From Chiloscyllium plagiosum (Eukaryota): 62,769 nt of DNA. Positions 38,661 through 52,379 of this stretch are shown here, piece after piece. How positions within the stretch are numbered: the stretch's first letter is position 1; each line of letters begins with the position of its first letter. Under the pieces are notes generated by a model. The model had not been told where the DNA came from and made no database searches. It saw nothing but the letters and a program-made list of their open reading frames with translations. Where the stretch lies: assembly GCF_004010195.1 (NCBI RefSeq), contig NC_057711.1, positions 133,071,335-133,134,103 on the forward strand, given 5' to 3'. Made by a program: the position numbers and the translations under genes.

Positions 38661-39169
38661 TCTTTGTTTACAGACATTTAGAGAATGTTATGTATCTGGA
38701 CTTTAATATATTTTAAATTTTAAATAATGATTTTATATTAGACACATTGGGCATAACTTCAATCTTGCTCATCCAATTGGATCAAGTGCAATGCTCATTT
38801 GACAGCCCACTTGGGTTTTACTCCTCATTGATTTTAATACACACTAAAATAGATTGGGTTTCAAATCAGAATTCAACTTGACCCTGTCTATTTGTTACTA
38901 AGTTAAAATTACTCCTCAATGGAGTGGATTTTAGAGGGAGGGAGGGCATGTAGATTTCCTCAGATAAATTGCCTAAGTATCAGCATCTTGTCGATATAAA
39001 ATCCAGCTGTTCTGCAGTGATGTCATGGTTGGAGGATGCTAACATTAATCAACACAAGCAGAGAGTATCGAAAAACTCAAAAACACCGATGCCCACACCC
39101 CCAGCTCCTGTTTTGTACAGGTTACTCCCAACATAGCCAACCCATTTTCAACCCTTTTCACTTCTCGTT

Positions 39170-39470
39170 AGCATCCCAGCCAGCATTTATCTCTTTCTCT
39201 CTCAGCTTATCATTAGCTATCCATTTGCTTGCCTATCCCTTTTCGTACTCTTTGAGCACCGTTTCCATGTACTCTATTCATTCCCCTGCCATCCCACCAT
39301 CACAGTGTAAACACCACCCTTTCCCAGCTATTTTCAGTTCTGAAGAAGGGTCACTGAACTTGAAACATTAACTCTGTTTTTCTCTCACCAGGTGCTGCCA
39401 GACCTGTTGGGTTTCTCAAATACTTTCTGTTTTTGTTTCAGATTTCCAGCATTTGCAGTCCTTTGCTTAT
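39170..39470 (+). mobile_element. PLE 3' terminal repeat with decayed hammerhead
   Basis: Pyrimidine-rich tract followed by AGTT-CTGAAGA-A-GGGTC...GAAA-CATT-AACT. Confidence 0.75.
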
Positions 39471-40339
39471 ATTCTAAAATTTGTCAAGACTGGGTTTCTG
39501 ATCTTCAGGAAGAATTGTCAGACAATTTGTTTCCCAAGCAGTTCCACAGCTTCACTAGCACAGAAGAGAATCATCCCACTGCTGGGGTGACATTCAGTCC
39601 CACAGGTGAAGTAACTATCAATATTTCTGGGGATTTTGGGAAGGCGTGGCTGTGAGACCAAAGCAAGGGGAGGCAGAGATTTGGGGATTGTGTTAGACAG
39701 GCCAACAGAAGGGGTGATGGATGGTACTGCCTTTCTCCAAAAAGAGATTACTAAAAAAAGAGTGTAGAAGGATGATGTTTGTAAATAAACAAGGAACGTT
39801 TTATGCACAGATAGAATTTGGTGAACTTGAGCAGTGTAATGTTACATAGAATGACATACTCCATAAGTTTCACTTGTAAATTGGACAACCAGGAATGGAA
39901 AATCAAGCACACTATGTTCACAAATGCAATAAAATTATTACCTGTTATTTGTAAATGTCCCTGATTACAGTGATTTTAAAAATTGCTGCAATAAACAGAG
40001 GAAGCAGTAAAAGGTTTTCTCTCTTGGTTTATGCAGACATATTAAGGAATGCAATTCATCAATAAAGTCATGGTAAAATAAACCAGGCAAGATTAGTTTG
40101 TAAACCAGATAATTTTGAGTGAAACAGACCTGATTCCTTCTGCAATCAGAGCAAACCAATTTCCGGTTTGGATTTTAAAACAGGCATGAGTTCCTTTATT
40201 AGCATATTCATTTTAGACAACCACCAGGGACATCTTTGACATGTCCAAGTCGACGTGAAATAAAATATTTCTCTGACTTTGCTCAATTGGCTGCTCAAGT
40301 GGGCCATTCTGTACCTGCTTTATCAGCATATGAACCAAC

Positions 40340-40810
40340 AGTAGAAGTAGGCCATTTGGCTCCTTGAATCTACACAGCCATTCAATAAAATCATGGCTGA
40401 TCTGTTTGCTTCAAATTCCTTATTCCCATTCACCCCTGGCACACATTACTTCCTTTGTCTAGCAAGAATCCATCTAATTTTGCTTTAAATATATTCAAAG
40501 ACCCGCTTCTCCATCATCTTCAGAAAGTTACATTCACATTACCTTCTGAGACAGAAATAAAAATCCTCACCTTTGTCCTAAAAGGAAGATTCCTAAATTT
40601 TAAAGAGTGTTTCTGGATTAACCCACAAGTGGAAACTTCCTTTTCACATCCATCTTGTTAAGAATGTTCAGGATCTTACCTGTTTCAAACAGGACACCCT
40701 TCACTCTTCTAAATGCTAATGAAAACCAGTCCAATCTGTCCAAAGTTTCTGCATTTGACAGCTGGCTCATTCCAGATATCAATTTTGCAAACCTCCTCGC
40801 TGGTTTTAAT
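40340..40810 (-). mobile_element. Old CR1 3' end
   Basis: RRFAKLISGMSQLS...LDRLDWFSLAFRRVKG is a CR1 C-terminal motif. Confidence 0.75.
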
Positions 40811-41019
40811 GCAGTGTGCCTTTTGAAGGTATACATTGAAGTAGAAATTAAATTAATTCAGGTTAATTACGTCTGGGCCGTTGGTGGAGAGCTCTGAGTA
40901 CTGCAGTAAAATGTTTGTTTCCACCATCAACTGAGTGCAGTTTCAGGAGGATTCTGCATTGTTGGGACAATGTCCATCAGATAAGATGTTATGGCAGGGT
41001 CTGTTCTTCCTATGTACAG

Positions 41020-41228
41020 ATCAGAGTGGTGCTGGAAAAGCGCAGCAGGTCAGGCAGCATCCGAGGAGCAGGAAAATCGATGTTTCGGGCAAAAGCCCTT
41101 CACCAGGAATGGCTTTTGCCCGATACGTTGATTTCCCTGCTCCTCGGATGCTGCCTGACCTGCTGCGCTTTTCCAGCAACACACTAATCTTAACTCTGAT
41201 ATCCAGCATCTGCAGTCCTCACTTTCGC
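41020..41228. mobile_element. Fold-back PLE terminal-repeat insertion
   Basis: Inverted arms meet at the hammerhead region (~41095-41120); this is why near-identical ORFs appear on both strands. Confidence 0.85.
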
Positions 41229-41519
41229 TTTCCAGCGTACAGTACTGCTCTGTGTTCAATATGAGATCTTTCCTGAAATAAACTTAAGATGTCTGACTAC
41301 AGTTTGTCTCCTCTAGTAGACTATAGGACTACAACCTGGTGTTGTGTGATATTTAACTTTGTCCTCTAGTAGAGATCACATCACTATGGGAGATTGCATT
41401 TCAATCCAAATATATACAAACTAAGGAGAGAAACTTGCATGAATTCCTGTGCATATTTTGAGTTACTCAAATTACCAAATTTACACAATCCTGCACATTA
41501 TTCCTGTCAATCTCTGCAT

Positions 41520-44010
41520 AGGCATTGCACACATACTCCTTAAATTGCGCAGGTCTTTAAATGGACAAGGTATTATCACTGGCTAAATATCCAGGTGATG
41601 CTGTCTCCCCATTGTCCATTGTTCCGGCATCATTTATTGTTTTCATGGGGTACCTTTGTTCCATTTCTGCTATTGGGTTGCTGTGGACACCCGGGTATGA
41701 TGGTCGATGTATGATTAGTGTAGCTGGTGTGTTTACCTGCTCCTCACCAGCCATTTGCAGTTATGGATCATGTTCTTCTGTTGATTATGCGTGCCTGTGG
41801 CTGTGATGGTATATATGGTCATTCACTTCCACTGTGTATGACTGAGCTGATAACAGCTCTCTGCTGATCCCAAATTGCTGCTGGTTTTTGTTGTGAGTGT
41901 TGAAGGTTTGTCCTCTATCTGGCTGTCCAAACTCTGATCATGGTTTATCAGTCCTGACAAAACAAAGTTTGTTTTTTTGCCATTTCTTCTTCATGCTGTC
42001 ACTCACACCTCGCTAACTTGTCCTCAGTAGTGTTTTGCTCTTGCAAGAGTGGTTTGGATGTGATGTGACATGAAGCTTTGCAATGAATGACTTTTTATGC
42101 GATTAATAGACGTTTTTCCACTCAAGGATTATCTCAAATAGATTTGCGCAAGATTTTCTTGATTTCTTTATGATTGCTTTGGGTGATTGTCACAGCTCCC
42201 TCCACCTTTCCATTTGATTGGGAATAGTGTGGAGGTGATATGTGATGTTAATTTCCCAATCATTCCCAATGAATCCTTCATTCATGAACTGCAGGCCATT
42301 ATCACCCATGGCAACTTCAGAAATGTTGCAATGGTTAAAGAGTCCTTTTACTCTTTTGACAATCTCACTGGTAGTCAATGAAGTCAGCTCTACCAGATCC
42401 TTGTTCATGCTGTTGCAATTGACTTACAGAGTAGTCTATTCTCTGAACATTGTGCCATGATATAATACTAACGTTACTTTTGAAAGCTTCATTTCAAACA
42501 ATTCTTTGAGAGTCATGACACTTCACTATACACTGGTGTCTGTCAGACACTATGTTGATGATGTTTTCCTTCTGCAGTGCTCATTACAATAGTTACCAAC
42601 CACGTCTCACCCCTTAACTTGTCTGAACTAACCTGCTGCATTGAGTAGTGTCTTGCATTGGAACCGTTAGCCAATACCACTTCAGTGGTCATCTGTCAGC
42701 ACACACCAGTATACAAAATGTTGTTCAGTTTCTTGCAGTGAAATCACTGCTTTCCCAACATTTGACATATGGCAAACAATACAAGCAGCCTCAATGGGTG
42801 TGGCTAGCTCTCACAGACCAGGATTTCTAGATTATTTTCTGTTTTTACATTTAACAAATCTTTTATTCATGGCACCTTTGGGACCAGCAGTTTATCTAAT
42901 ATTCCAGTTGGTCCACATAATCAATGTAAAATCACAAATTAAATAATCAAAATGTAATGCAGGGGGTATACACATCACTATTATACTTTGTTTACAGCAT
43001 ACATCACTTATATAATAAGCAACTTTGCTTTAAATAAAATTTAGCAGCAGAGAGCTTTCTCACTTGAACTTTCAACTGACTACTCAGACATTGTATAGAT
43101 CACGATAATACAGTAAAGTGTTCCAGTACTTCAGGTATATAATTTGTGCCAGTTTATCAAAGTGCCAGTTCATAAGAAACTGGTTAAAACAAAGTTTGCT
43201 GTATTTTCATCTCCTACACATGCAGTCCTCTGCAGTATATGCCTCTTGCCCTTTGTCTGTACCTGTTCTGCCCTTTGACCTTGGAGAATCCATGAGCAGA
43301 ATTCAAGACCTGGTTTGTTCTGCCATTAATCTGCTCTAGCTCTTGTTTCACAATCTTGGCATTTTTGAACAAGTCAGTTGGTCTACTGAGCACAGGTTTC
43401 TCTTCTCTTAGTTGACATGTTCTCACAATAGGATCATTCATACTTAATAAAACCTGTCTTTAATTAGATCATCCTTTGATTGTGAAAAATTAATAGTTTA
43501 AAATGTTATTAATATTATGTGTTGATCAATGGACTCTTTTTCACTTTGGTCCCTAATATTGTATGCATACCATTCATATCTAATACTTGCTTAGGGTTCA
43601 AAGTGGTCTTCAAAGCTTTTCAAATTTCTGATATGTATTTTTTTCTGTTCTTCATAGAGATTTAGGATGGGATATATTTTGACACAGTTTCTTCCTCATA
43701 GTGATAGAAGTGCAGTGACTAGTGACATTCAACAAATCCGTTACTATTTTATAATTCTGCCATTGTGTACGAAAGAAATGCTAATTTTGCTTCATATCAC
43801 CTGCCATTTGAATGGGAATTTGAAAAGCCACAGACATTTTCTTTTGCCCATGGTTTTAGCTGTGGCTTGCCTTGTTGTTCTTCATTTATTGTTTAGTTTC
43901 AATAGCAGCTCCTAGCTCTGCACGCACGTGTGTCCCTCTATCTGTAGCTGTGCTTCCTCATAGCTCTACAACACTCACGTCAGTGTTACATCTTGTACCA
44001 TGTTTCATGT
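41520..44010 (-). mobile_element. Highly decayed Ty3/Gypsy LTR retrotransposon internal region (gag and integrase relics)
   Basis: Minus strand has a PBS-like AACA|TGGTACAAGA near 44000, gag start MSVAFQIPIQMAGDMKQN*HFFRTQWQNY, an FEDHFEPK segment, and an integrase relic KGLF...GDNGLQF at 42190-42408. Confidence 0.75.
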
Positions 44011-44704
44011 GTACAACACAACACTGTTTTCAACATGAGGTCCATATTGACCTCTGCTAACAATGTGTGTGCTTCATGGTGGAGGTCAAATGGCTATGGG
44101 AAACTAGGAAGACATTTATACATGATTGCATTTTAATCCAAACAGTCTGGTTAATACTGGTGCTTTGGATGAAAGTCTCAAAGCATTGGTTCACTGAAAA
44201 ATAATAAGGAACAGTTGAAAGTTCCCCCAATTTAGTATCAATGCATTACCAATTATTGAATGAACACACAAACTATTTGTAAATTAAGTGGAAGAGATGA
44301 TATTTCATTAAATCTAATCTATTAGTTTAAATAAAGATATATTTTAGACGGTCAGGCTATATTAATTGTTTCTTTGATCTACTTTTCCAGCCATGAACTG
44401 ACAAATGTACATGATAATAGCTTGTATATTAAAAATCAAATAATTGAGGGCATTTTCAACACATGTAACAAATCCAGGACCTAACTGTTGATCATGCACA
44501 GCTGAAAGGATGCATCTTGTACCTGTTAACCAAAATAAGGCACAAATCCAAAAGAAGAATGAACAATTATGCTATGCCTAAGAATTATTCTAAGTGTACG
44601 CACATTAAAAACAAATTCATATAGGATGAATAGTTCAATTAGAGACAAATATTATATAGGCTGATGTTATTACGTTTTACATATCTGCTTTTGAGAATAT
44701 CCTC

Positions 44705-45250
44705 TTGAAGAACAACAAAGCAAGCCACAGCTAATACCATGGGTGAAAGAAAATGGCTGTAGTTTCTCTTGAACCAATTCCCATTCAAATAACAGGCGAT
44801 AGGAAGCAAACTTAGCATTTCTTCCACACACACTGGCAGATTCTTAAAATAGCAACAGGTTTGTTGAGCAAGCCAAAAAATTACAAGTCTCTGTTGCACA
44901 TGACCTACCGTAAATACACATTTAACCATTCTGACAACATCTGTTACTGCAATTAAAATTATCAGGCTATTTTAGGGGCAGAAATTAATATTTGGAAAAG
45001 AAATGTGGGCAGTATGTAAGTTGAGCTATGATTTGTTATCATCCATTTCTGGCTGCCATCAAGCCGAACATCTACAAAAGAGCAATCAAAAGAAGATTTG
45101 GGCCAAAGACCATGATATGGAGAATTTGTTCGCAGCATCACTATTCTGGATCTGTATTGAGGACTTTGTTTGCTACACTTGGCAATGTTATTGTCACCTG
45201 TGGGTTGAAGAGTATAATTGACCTTCAGTCAATTGGTGAGCTGTAGCGTT
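44705..45250 (+). mobile_element. Second, inverted fragment of the same Gypsy family (gag start, possible pol relic)
   Basis: 44705-44865 aligns to the reverse complement of 43735-43885. Confidence 0.65.
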
Positions 45251-48200
45251 GAGGCTTTTTAATATTATGAAGCCTTTTTATGAAAAGGTCTCCATTAAAA
45301 CTTGGAATGAAAAGTATAATACTGGTTACCTCAATGTGGGGTGAGAGGGTGGAGGCAGATGCTGAGAAGGAGAAATGCAGAAACCGAAAGGAAAATGCAG
45401 TAAATTAAAATGCATTCTAATTAAAAATTCTAATTAAAATGCAGTAAATACTTAGTAATCAAAAGACTATTTAGTAAAAACATATTTAAGGTATCTTAAA
45501 GACTGGTTAAAAGAAATTTGCGATTTCCTGTACACTACCAATAAACCTAACAAAAACTGAAAGAGAAAGATCAGCAGGTTTAGCAGCATCTGTGGTGAAA
45601 AATCAGGGTTAATGTTTCAGGTCCAGTGACCCTTTCTCAGAACCCTGATAAACTCTATACTGACATTTTCAATCAACTATTCAAATCCTCAATCTATATT
45701 GTGTCATCCATTTCTTAATCATTTTCTTTTGTTGTGATCACTTTCAGTGCCAGATGACAAACACTTTCTGCTGAGATGGTTAAGAGGGGAAAACTTCAGC
45801 CAAATGTAACTTGGTGAAATTGAAGAGAAATAACGGACACAAAACTCTATGTTGACTAAAATGCTCAGGTTTCTGAATGACAGCATTTTGTTAATGTGAT
45901 ACTTAAACTATTTGTTGGCTCAAACTGTATTTGTAAGCTCAAAGTCCTTCCTGAACTGTATTAGCTAATATTTCAGCTTGCTCCTGTACCAGAGAGTTCC
46001 ATTCACATTTATTGTAGAAACTTTTGCCAAACACAGCTAGAGTTGCACCTGCATCTTATTAATTTTGGTGAGTCCACAGGCGCTTGCATTTGTTTTACAC
46101 TGTAGTTACTGAAATGAATGCAGTTCAATTCAATTAGATGCCATCTAAGTAACAGTGCTATCTAATGTAATATTTTATTAAATTATTCAGAGTAAATTGA
46201 ATTAAAATCCAAATTCATAACAAACTTGATAAAGTGAAACAAGTCATTTGCAATGTGGTGAAAAAAATGTCTATTTATAGAGCTGGGTTCCTTTTATAGG
46301 ATTTGTAATTTTGTCATATTCTTGAACCTTTTCTGTTTGATTTAGGGCTTCCAATAAACCCTCACATGGGGCCCACTTTAAGCCAACCATTACCCAATTA
46401 CTTATACAAAGTTAACATCAGCTGTCCTAAGTCTATGGTTAAGTCAGTTATATACACTTTTTCTTAATGGTTAGATGCTGATTCCATGTTCTTCTCTGGA
46501 CTGTGGGGAAGTTGATGGACAGAGATCAGGAGGACAATTCTGGGACTCCAATTGGCATGAGAACTCAAGCTGCAAGACAATATTCTGGCATTATACTCTC
46601 AGGCCATTCTCCAGGGAGTAAGGTAGGGGCAACAGGGCAACTCACCCTCAAAGTGACATGTAGCCCGTTGGCCAATTGAAAAACTAAAACACAGTAAAGC
46701 TGATGAGTGAGATATGCTTGTTCAGATTGCCTTGCAAATTTCGAAATGGAGATCTTGACAGCTAGGATGTTCATTTCCAAATATTACTGGACTTCCCCTC
46801 TACGTAATGGAAATTGAAATGCCACTTGAGTCCAGATGCTGTCTGGGAAGTCCTATTTGTTCCCTGAGACATCAGGGACTAGGCCAGCTACTCCCAATGG
46901 TAGACCAAGGAACCACTGCTGAAGGTACACTTTGAGAATATCCTCTGCCTGCCTGGTTTGGCCATAGGTCTCCCTGAGAAGAGGCAGCTCCCTCCAAATG
47001 TTCGTAAAAGTTAGAAAGAGAATGCCTCCACCTTGACCACTGTCTCTCTTATCTGAACTGAAAGCTGTGGCTTTATCCTTTTGGAAGACATTTTATAGGC
47101 CCTCCAACAATGAGGGCTTGCCTACTATTTTTAATTGGGCACCCAACCAGCCCCAATAATTGACCAATTTGGGGGAAGTCACTGCCCTGTGACTGTTCTC
47201 CATAGAGAATCAGGTTGTGACCCCCTTTTTGTCAGTATCCCCATCTAATACCCAATTTTGAGCCCCAAAAGGGGTGGCACATTGTAGAGAAAGGCAACTC
47301 ACTCATTTTATATATTGACAGCCGCTGGTTAGAATGCATTTCCAATGGAGGCAAGATAAAAGCCTCCTTAATTGGAAGATTGTACTTTTCATCTTAGAAT
47401 TCAGGCATGGACCGAAAAATAATAATCAGCAAAAACAAGGCTAAAAATAGAAATAGCAATGATTACTTAGAAAGGCAATTATTTAAAGACTGACAAACTG
47501 AAAATTTCTCAATGTGACAACGCTGTGACCAAATGTATGATTAATAAACAAAATGCTGAAAATAGAACATTGTAATTATGTCCATCCTAACAAAAACTTC
47601 ATTTATTTCTGGGATGTTTTTAGCACTTACAAATTGTGCAAATTGTCTTGCACAGGTATCAAAACACTGAAAATTTTTGCCAAATTTTATGAGACACTTT
47701 AACCTGTTTTAGAAATGTTTCACTGCCTCCAGTGACCTTCTGAAAATGAGGTTAGAAGTTTTGCTTGAGCTTTTCACACATCAATCTTCTAAAAATACCC
47801 CAACATCTTTACTTTTTCTGTGTGTAATGTTTAGTAAATTTCGCGCAAAGTTTTGTCAGTTGAAATTTTCAATTAATAATAGAAAATTAATTTGAATTGT
47901 AGAACAGATTTTTTTCTGTTTATGTTCACTGGAATTATTATGATTATTAAAGATAGCAATTAACATGAAAAGTCATGATTTCAAATAGCTTCAAATGACT
48001 TCTAAAAATAATGGTTTCAAATGGTCCTAAACTTTTAAAGTTATTCAGCAATTTTCTGAGCAATATTCAATCCTGAGCAATTTATCTATCAGGCCTTATT
48101 TGATGGGATTGCCTGTAAGACAGGGAGGTTTGCTGAGTGAGAGTGCATTCTCAAAATTCAGGAATACATTACCACAGTCAGAAAATTGGTAGGCAGGACA

Positions 48201-48339
48201 TGCCTGAATTGGTAGGCAGGACATGCCTGAATTTTCAATATCTATTCTCTTCAGCCAAGGCACCAGATCTGGAATGTATACTTAGGCAGGGCGTTGGGAC
48301 AAATTTTTATGATCAGAGAAGTAATAGTGATTGTAGGAA

Positions 48340-48802
48340 CAAATTATTGCAGCTGCTGGAACCTGTACGGAAAATAAAATATACTGGCGATCACAGTGGG
48401 TCAGGCAGCATCCATGGAGGGAGAACAAGCTAACGTTTTGAGTCCAGATGACTCTTCAGTGGAGTTCTGGTTGTTGGCGCTGATTGCACATTAAGGGAAT
48501 CTGACACAATACCACTAAGAGAAATGTCATTACTATGAAATCTATTTTGTATTTGGTGTAGAGGATGTCACATTTGAGGACAGGTAGAGACGGATTTTGA
48601 CATTAACTCTGCTTTCTCTTCACATATGCTGCTAGATCTGCTGAGGTTTTCCAGCAATGTCTGATTTTGTTTGAGGTAGATTATGAAGCTGATTTTAGTG
48701 TAAAAGGGAGATAAATGAGTCTAGGAGAAAGTGGAGACTGCAGATACTGGAGATCAGAGCTGAAAAATGTGTTGCTGGAAAAGCGCAGCAGGTCAGGCAG
48801 CA
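48340..48802. mobile_element. Three PLE terminal-repeat fragments (~48340-48460 -, ~48595-48672 +, ~48722-48802 -)
   Basis: Shared GGTCAGGCAGCATC and GAGTC...GACTC motifs. Confidence 0.7.
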
Positions 48803-49218
48803 TGAGTCTGTCATTCACTTTACATCTTTCCCCATTAAGGTAAAATGTTGGAAGATATAGAATGAATTGTTGATTTTCCATCACCTGTTTTACACTTCCA
48901 TGCAAGATTTTGATCTACCCTATGTTGTGGAATGTAACAACATGAAGTGAAGATTTCTTCATGCACAGTGTTGTGAAATTGAACATATTGAGTGTAGGGT
49001 GCATGGAAGAAAATATCTTCAGATACAAATAGTTATCAGAATCAGTTTGTAAATGGCAAGTAAATTTAAATTGCACTGAGTTCTTACAAAATTTTGACCA
49101 CATACCATTACATTTGAGTAACTTAAAACAAGTTACTTTATGTAACAAAATATATGAATGACAGCTTTGAGATATGATTTATATCATTTTCGAATTACTT
49201 AACAGATGTGATGTAAAC

Positions 49219-49452
49219 TGAAATAATTCTACAGAGACTGGGTATCCTGTCACCACGTCACCCTTTATTTACACATGGAGAGAGTCCCTGACACTGATGC
49301 AGTTCCCTCTGAGCCAATTCTCAGAGTGAGCAGAACCTCTGACACCCCTGTTTATATCTGTCAGCCAGGGCTCCCTGGTTGGACCAGGTTAACAGTCCCA
49401 ATCAGGGAATTCACACTCTATGAGGTCAACCTGGCTGACCTCATTACAATCA
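49219..49452 (-). mobile_element. Probable solo LTR
   Basis: TG...CA ends. Minus strand shows an ATTGG (inverted CCAAT) box, GATATAAA and AATAAA in LTR order. TGTAAAC occurs on both flanks, but boundaries are uncertain. Confidence 0.55.
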
Positions 49453-50584
49453 CTGTGTAAACATTAAAATAATTTTGGAGTGTTGACCATCAATTACCAT
49501 TCCTCAGGATTTATAATATTACCTCAGTTATGGGATATATGTGATCAACCACAGCAGCTTACCAGAGATATGTACATAACCCAGGAATAGGTAGGTGGTG
49601 GGGAAGTGAGGAGAAAAATCTAAAATGTGTAGCAAGAGGAACTGTCAAAACACATGGGGAAGAGCTGTCTGAATCACTTGCAAAAGGGAGTTATCAAACT
49701 TTTAATCATTTAAAAGTCTTGCATTTTAAATAGTTGAAAATAACATTTGGAACTTTTAAAATAGAATATTGCATGTTATTTCATGGTGTTTGTTGACATG
49801 AACTCAAGGGTTTCTGTTTCTGGCTTAGTGCTGCATGACTGAGTTCACAACCATCAATTATCCAATGCGGTGTCTGTCATGTAAGTTTGACTGACAGCTA
49901 TAAGCGGTTATAAACTATTTTAAGTGGGTGAACAGCTTCCAACACTTGTTGGCATTAGGGATTATGCAATTGGCTAAAATTGCCAAAGGAATTATATATT
50001 GACAAATTGCGAAGGTAGTAAATAGTTTTTAATGTGCATGTGTTTCCCACATAGTAAAGCCTTCAATAGAAATTTAAAACTTTATTTCATCTTCACCCGG
50101 GTCCTGAGCACTGCCCAGAATATCCACTGAGTGAGTTAGCACGGTTGGTAGGAGGATAGAGGGCATGGATTAGCATGAGTTGCTACAAAGTTGGCGCAGA
50201 CACTATAAAAAATGCCGGGGTTGGTCAGCAAGGAATAGGCTAACATTTAGGATATAATAGGCCATATGATGATGTGAATGTTATGTGAGGCTGTGATGAA
50301 GTGGTACAGGCGCATGGTATGCGTGGAGGGTGTGCAGTGTTATGTGGCAGGTAGATTGTCACACAACACAATAGAGAATAGAGGGCATTGTCTCCATAAG
50401 GACTGGGTAATGGTCAGTCCTACTGATTCTGTCATGGGTAACCTTGCTTCTGCACGGGTAGATTGCTGAGGACTCTGTCATGTAGATTTTCCACTCTTGT
50501 TGGTTCCCTCACCGCTTGCTGCAGATCCAGTTTAGTAGCTATGTCTGTCAGGACTTGGCCAGATGGAAAAGTAGTGCTGCTGCT

Positions 50585-51018
50585 GAGCGACAGTTAGTGA
50601 GGGACAGTTGGTGAGGGACAGTTGGTGAGGGACAGTTAGTGAGGGACAGTTGGTGAGGGACAGTTGGTGAAGGACAGTTGGTGAGCGACAGTTAGTGAAG
50701 GACAGTTGGTGAGGGACAGTTGGTGAGGGACAGTTGGTGAGCAACAGCTGGTGTGGGACAGTTGGTGAGGAACAGTTGGTGAGGGACAGTTGGTGAGGGA
50801 CAGTTGGTGAGCAACAGCTGGTGTGGGACAGTTGGTGAGGGACAGTTGGTAAGGGACAGTTAGTGAGGGACAGTTGGTGAGGGACAGTTGGTGAAGGACA
50901 GTTGGTGAGCGAGTTAGTGAGGGACAGTTGGTGAGGGACAGTTGGTGAGGGACAGTTGGTGAGCAACAGCTGGTGTGGGACAGTTGGTGAGGGACAGTTG
51001 GTGAGGGACAGTTGGTGA
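50585..51018. repeat. 14-bp G-rich minisatellite (GGTGAGGGACAGTT)n, about 31 copies
   Basis: Read directly; the 14-aa periodicity of ORF 50532-51044 equals three units. Confidence 0.95.
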
Positions 51019-51867
51019 GTTGAAGTCTCCTTTCTCAAGTACATTTTGTACCCTTGCCATCCTCAGTGTTCAACATGGAGGAGTACTGATTCATCAACTA
51101 AGAAGGGATGTTTGATGGTAGGTGGCCTGACCGATGTTTGAGTTAATACCATGTGATTTCATGAGGTCCAGGATCAAAGCTGAGAACTCCCAGGACAATT
51201 CCTTCCTGACTACATACCACTGTGCCAATATGTCTGGTGGGTCTGTGGTAGCTCCAGCCTCAACTGTTGAAATGCCGGTGATCGATTATAACCCATATCC
51301 TGAGGTGGGATGCCAAAATAATTGTTTGAGGAAAGTTATGCCAGACCCCAGCTATAAGGATGTTAGTTTCCCAACTTGAAAACAAATCCACCATTCCGGT
51401 AGGGACTAAGTGACCAAAGTTTACAGAACAATGGATGTTGGAAATTTGAAACAAAACCAGAATTTGCTTGCAAACAAGGGAACTTTCCCCTCTCCTGCCT
51501 TGTCACAGGGTCCAATCTCTCTGAGACACCTTGGTCCACTCCTTCATTCCCAACAATCTTCCACAACCCCACAGTACCTTCCCCTGCAATCCCTCCTCAC
51601 TATCCAAGTTCCCAGACACACCTTCAAGGTGAAGCAGTAATTTACCTGCACTTCATTCAATGTGGTCTGCTGTATTCAGTGTTGACAATGTGTCTGCTCT
51701 ATACTGGGGATACAAAAAGCAGCCGGGGTAACTGTTTTGCAAATACCAACATTCTGTCCACAAAAATAACCCAAACATACAGTTGCCATATCAAATTACA
51801 ACACTCCATCTTGTTGCCTGGCCAATGTCTCTGTCCCAGGCTTGCTGCAATGCTCCAGTGAAGCTCA

Positions 51868-52246
51868 AACTCTTCTCCCTCCTGCCATCTGGCAGAAGAT
51901 ACCAGAGCGTTCGGTCTCTCATAACCAGACTGTGCAACAGTTTCTTACCCCAAGCCATCAGGCTCCTTAACACTGTGTGACTGGACTCTTTCTCATCTGA
52001 AATTCTTTGCATCACTTTGAATTGCTGCAAGAAAAATGTCTACTATTTATCATTCTTTTATTACGCTGTAACTTGTGCGGTTTTCACTTCTTACGCACTT
52101 TATGCCTCCCTTTGTATGATCGTGTAGTTTATATTGTCCATGTAGCACCTTGGTCCTGGAGGGACGCTATCTCGTTTTTTTTACTGTATCAGTTGTGCAT
52201 GGTAGAAATGACAAATAAAATCTACTTTCTCTCTCTCTCTCTCTCA
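51868..52246 (+). mobile_element. Rex1/Babar LINE 3' end with (CT)n tail
   Basis: FSLLPSGRRYQS...RLCNSFLPQAIRLLN is the Rex1 C-terminal signature, followed by a 3' UTR with AATAAA. Confidence 0.85.
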
Positions 52247-52379
52247 GCACAAGCTGGAAGAACAGCACTTCATTTTCCACTTGAGAACTCTGCAGCTTCT
52301 GGACTCAATATTGAGTTCAATCATTGTAGGGCCTGAGCACCTTCTCCCATGTCCTGACCACAACCCCTATAGGTCCCCA

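Noticed and set aside
46340-47290. Possible non-autonomous DNA transposon (also ~10170-10600 and ~50090-50530)
   Set aside because: Composition suggests old repeats, but I could not identify convincing terminal inverted repeats or TSDs.
50532-51044. 170-aa repetitive Thr/Pro/Cys-rich ORF
   Set aside because: Read-through of the 14-bp minisatellite, with no splice or codon evidence.
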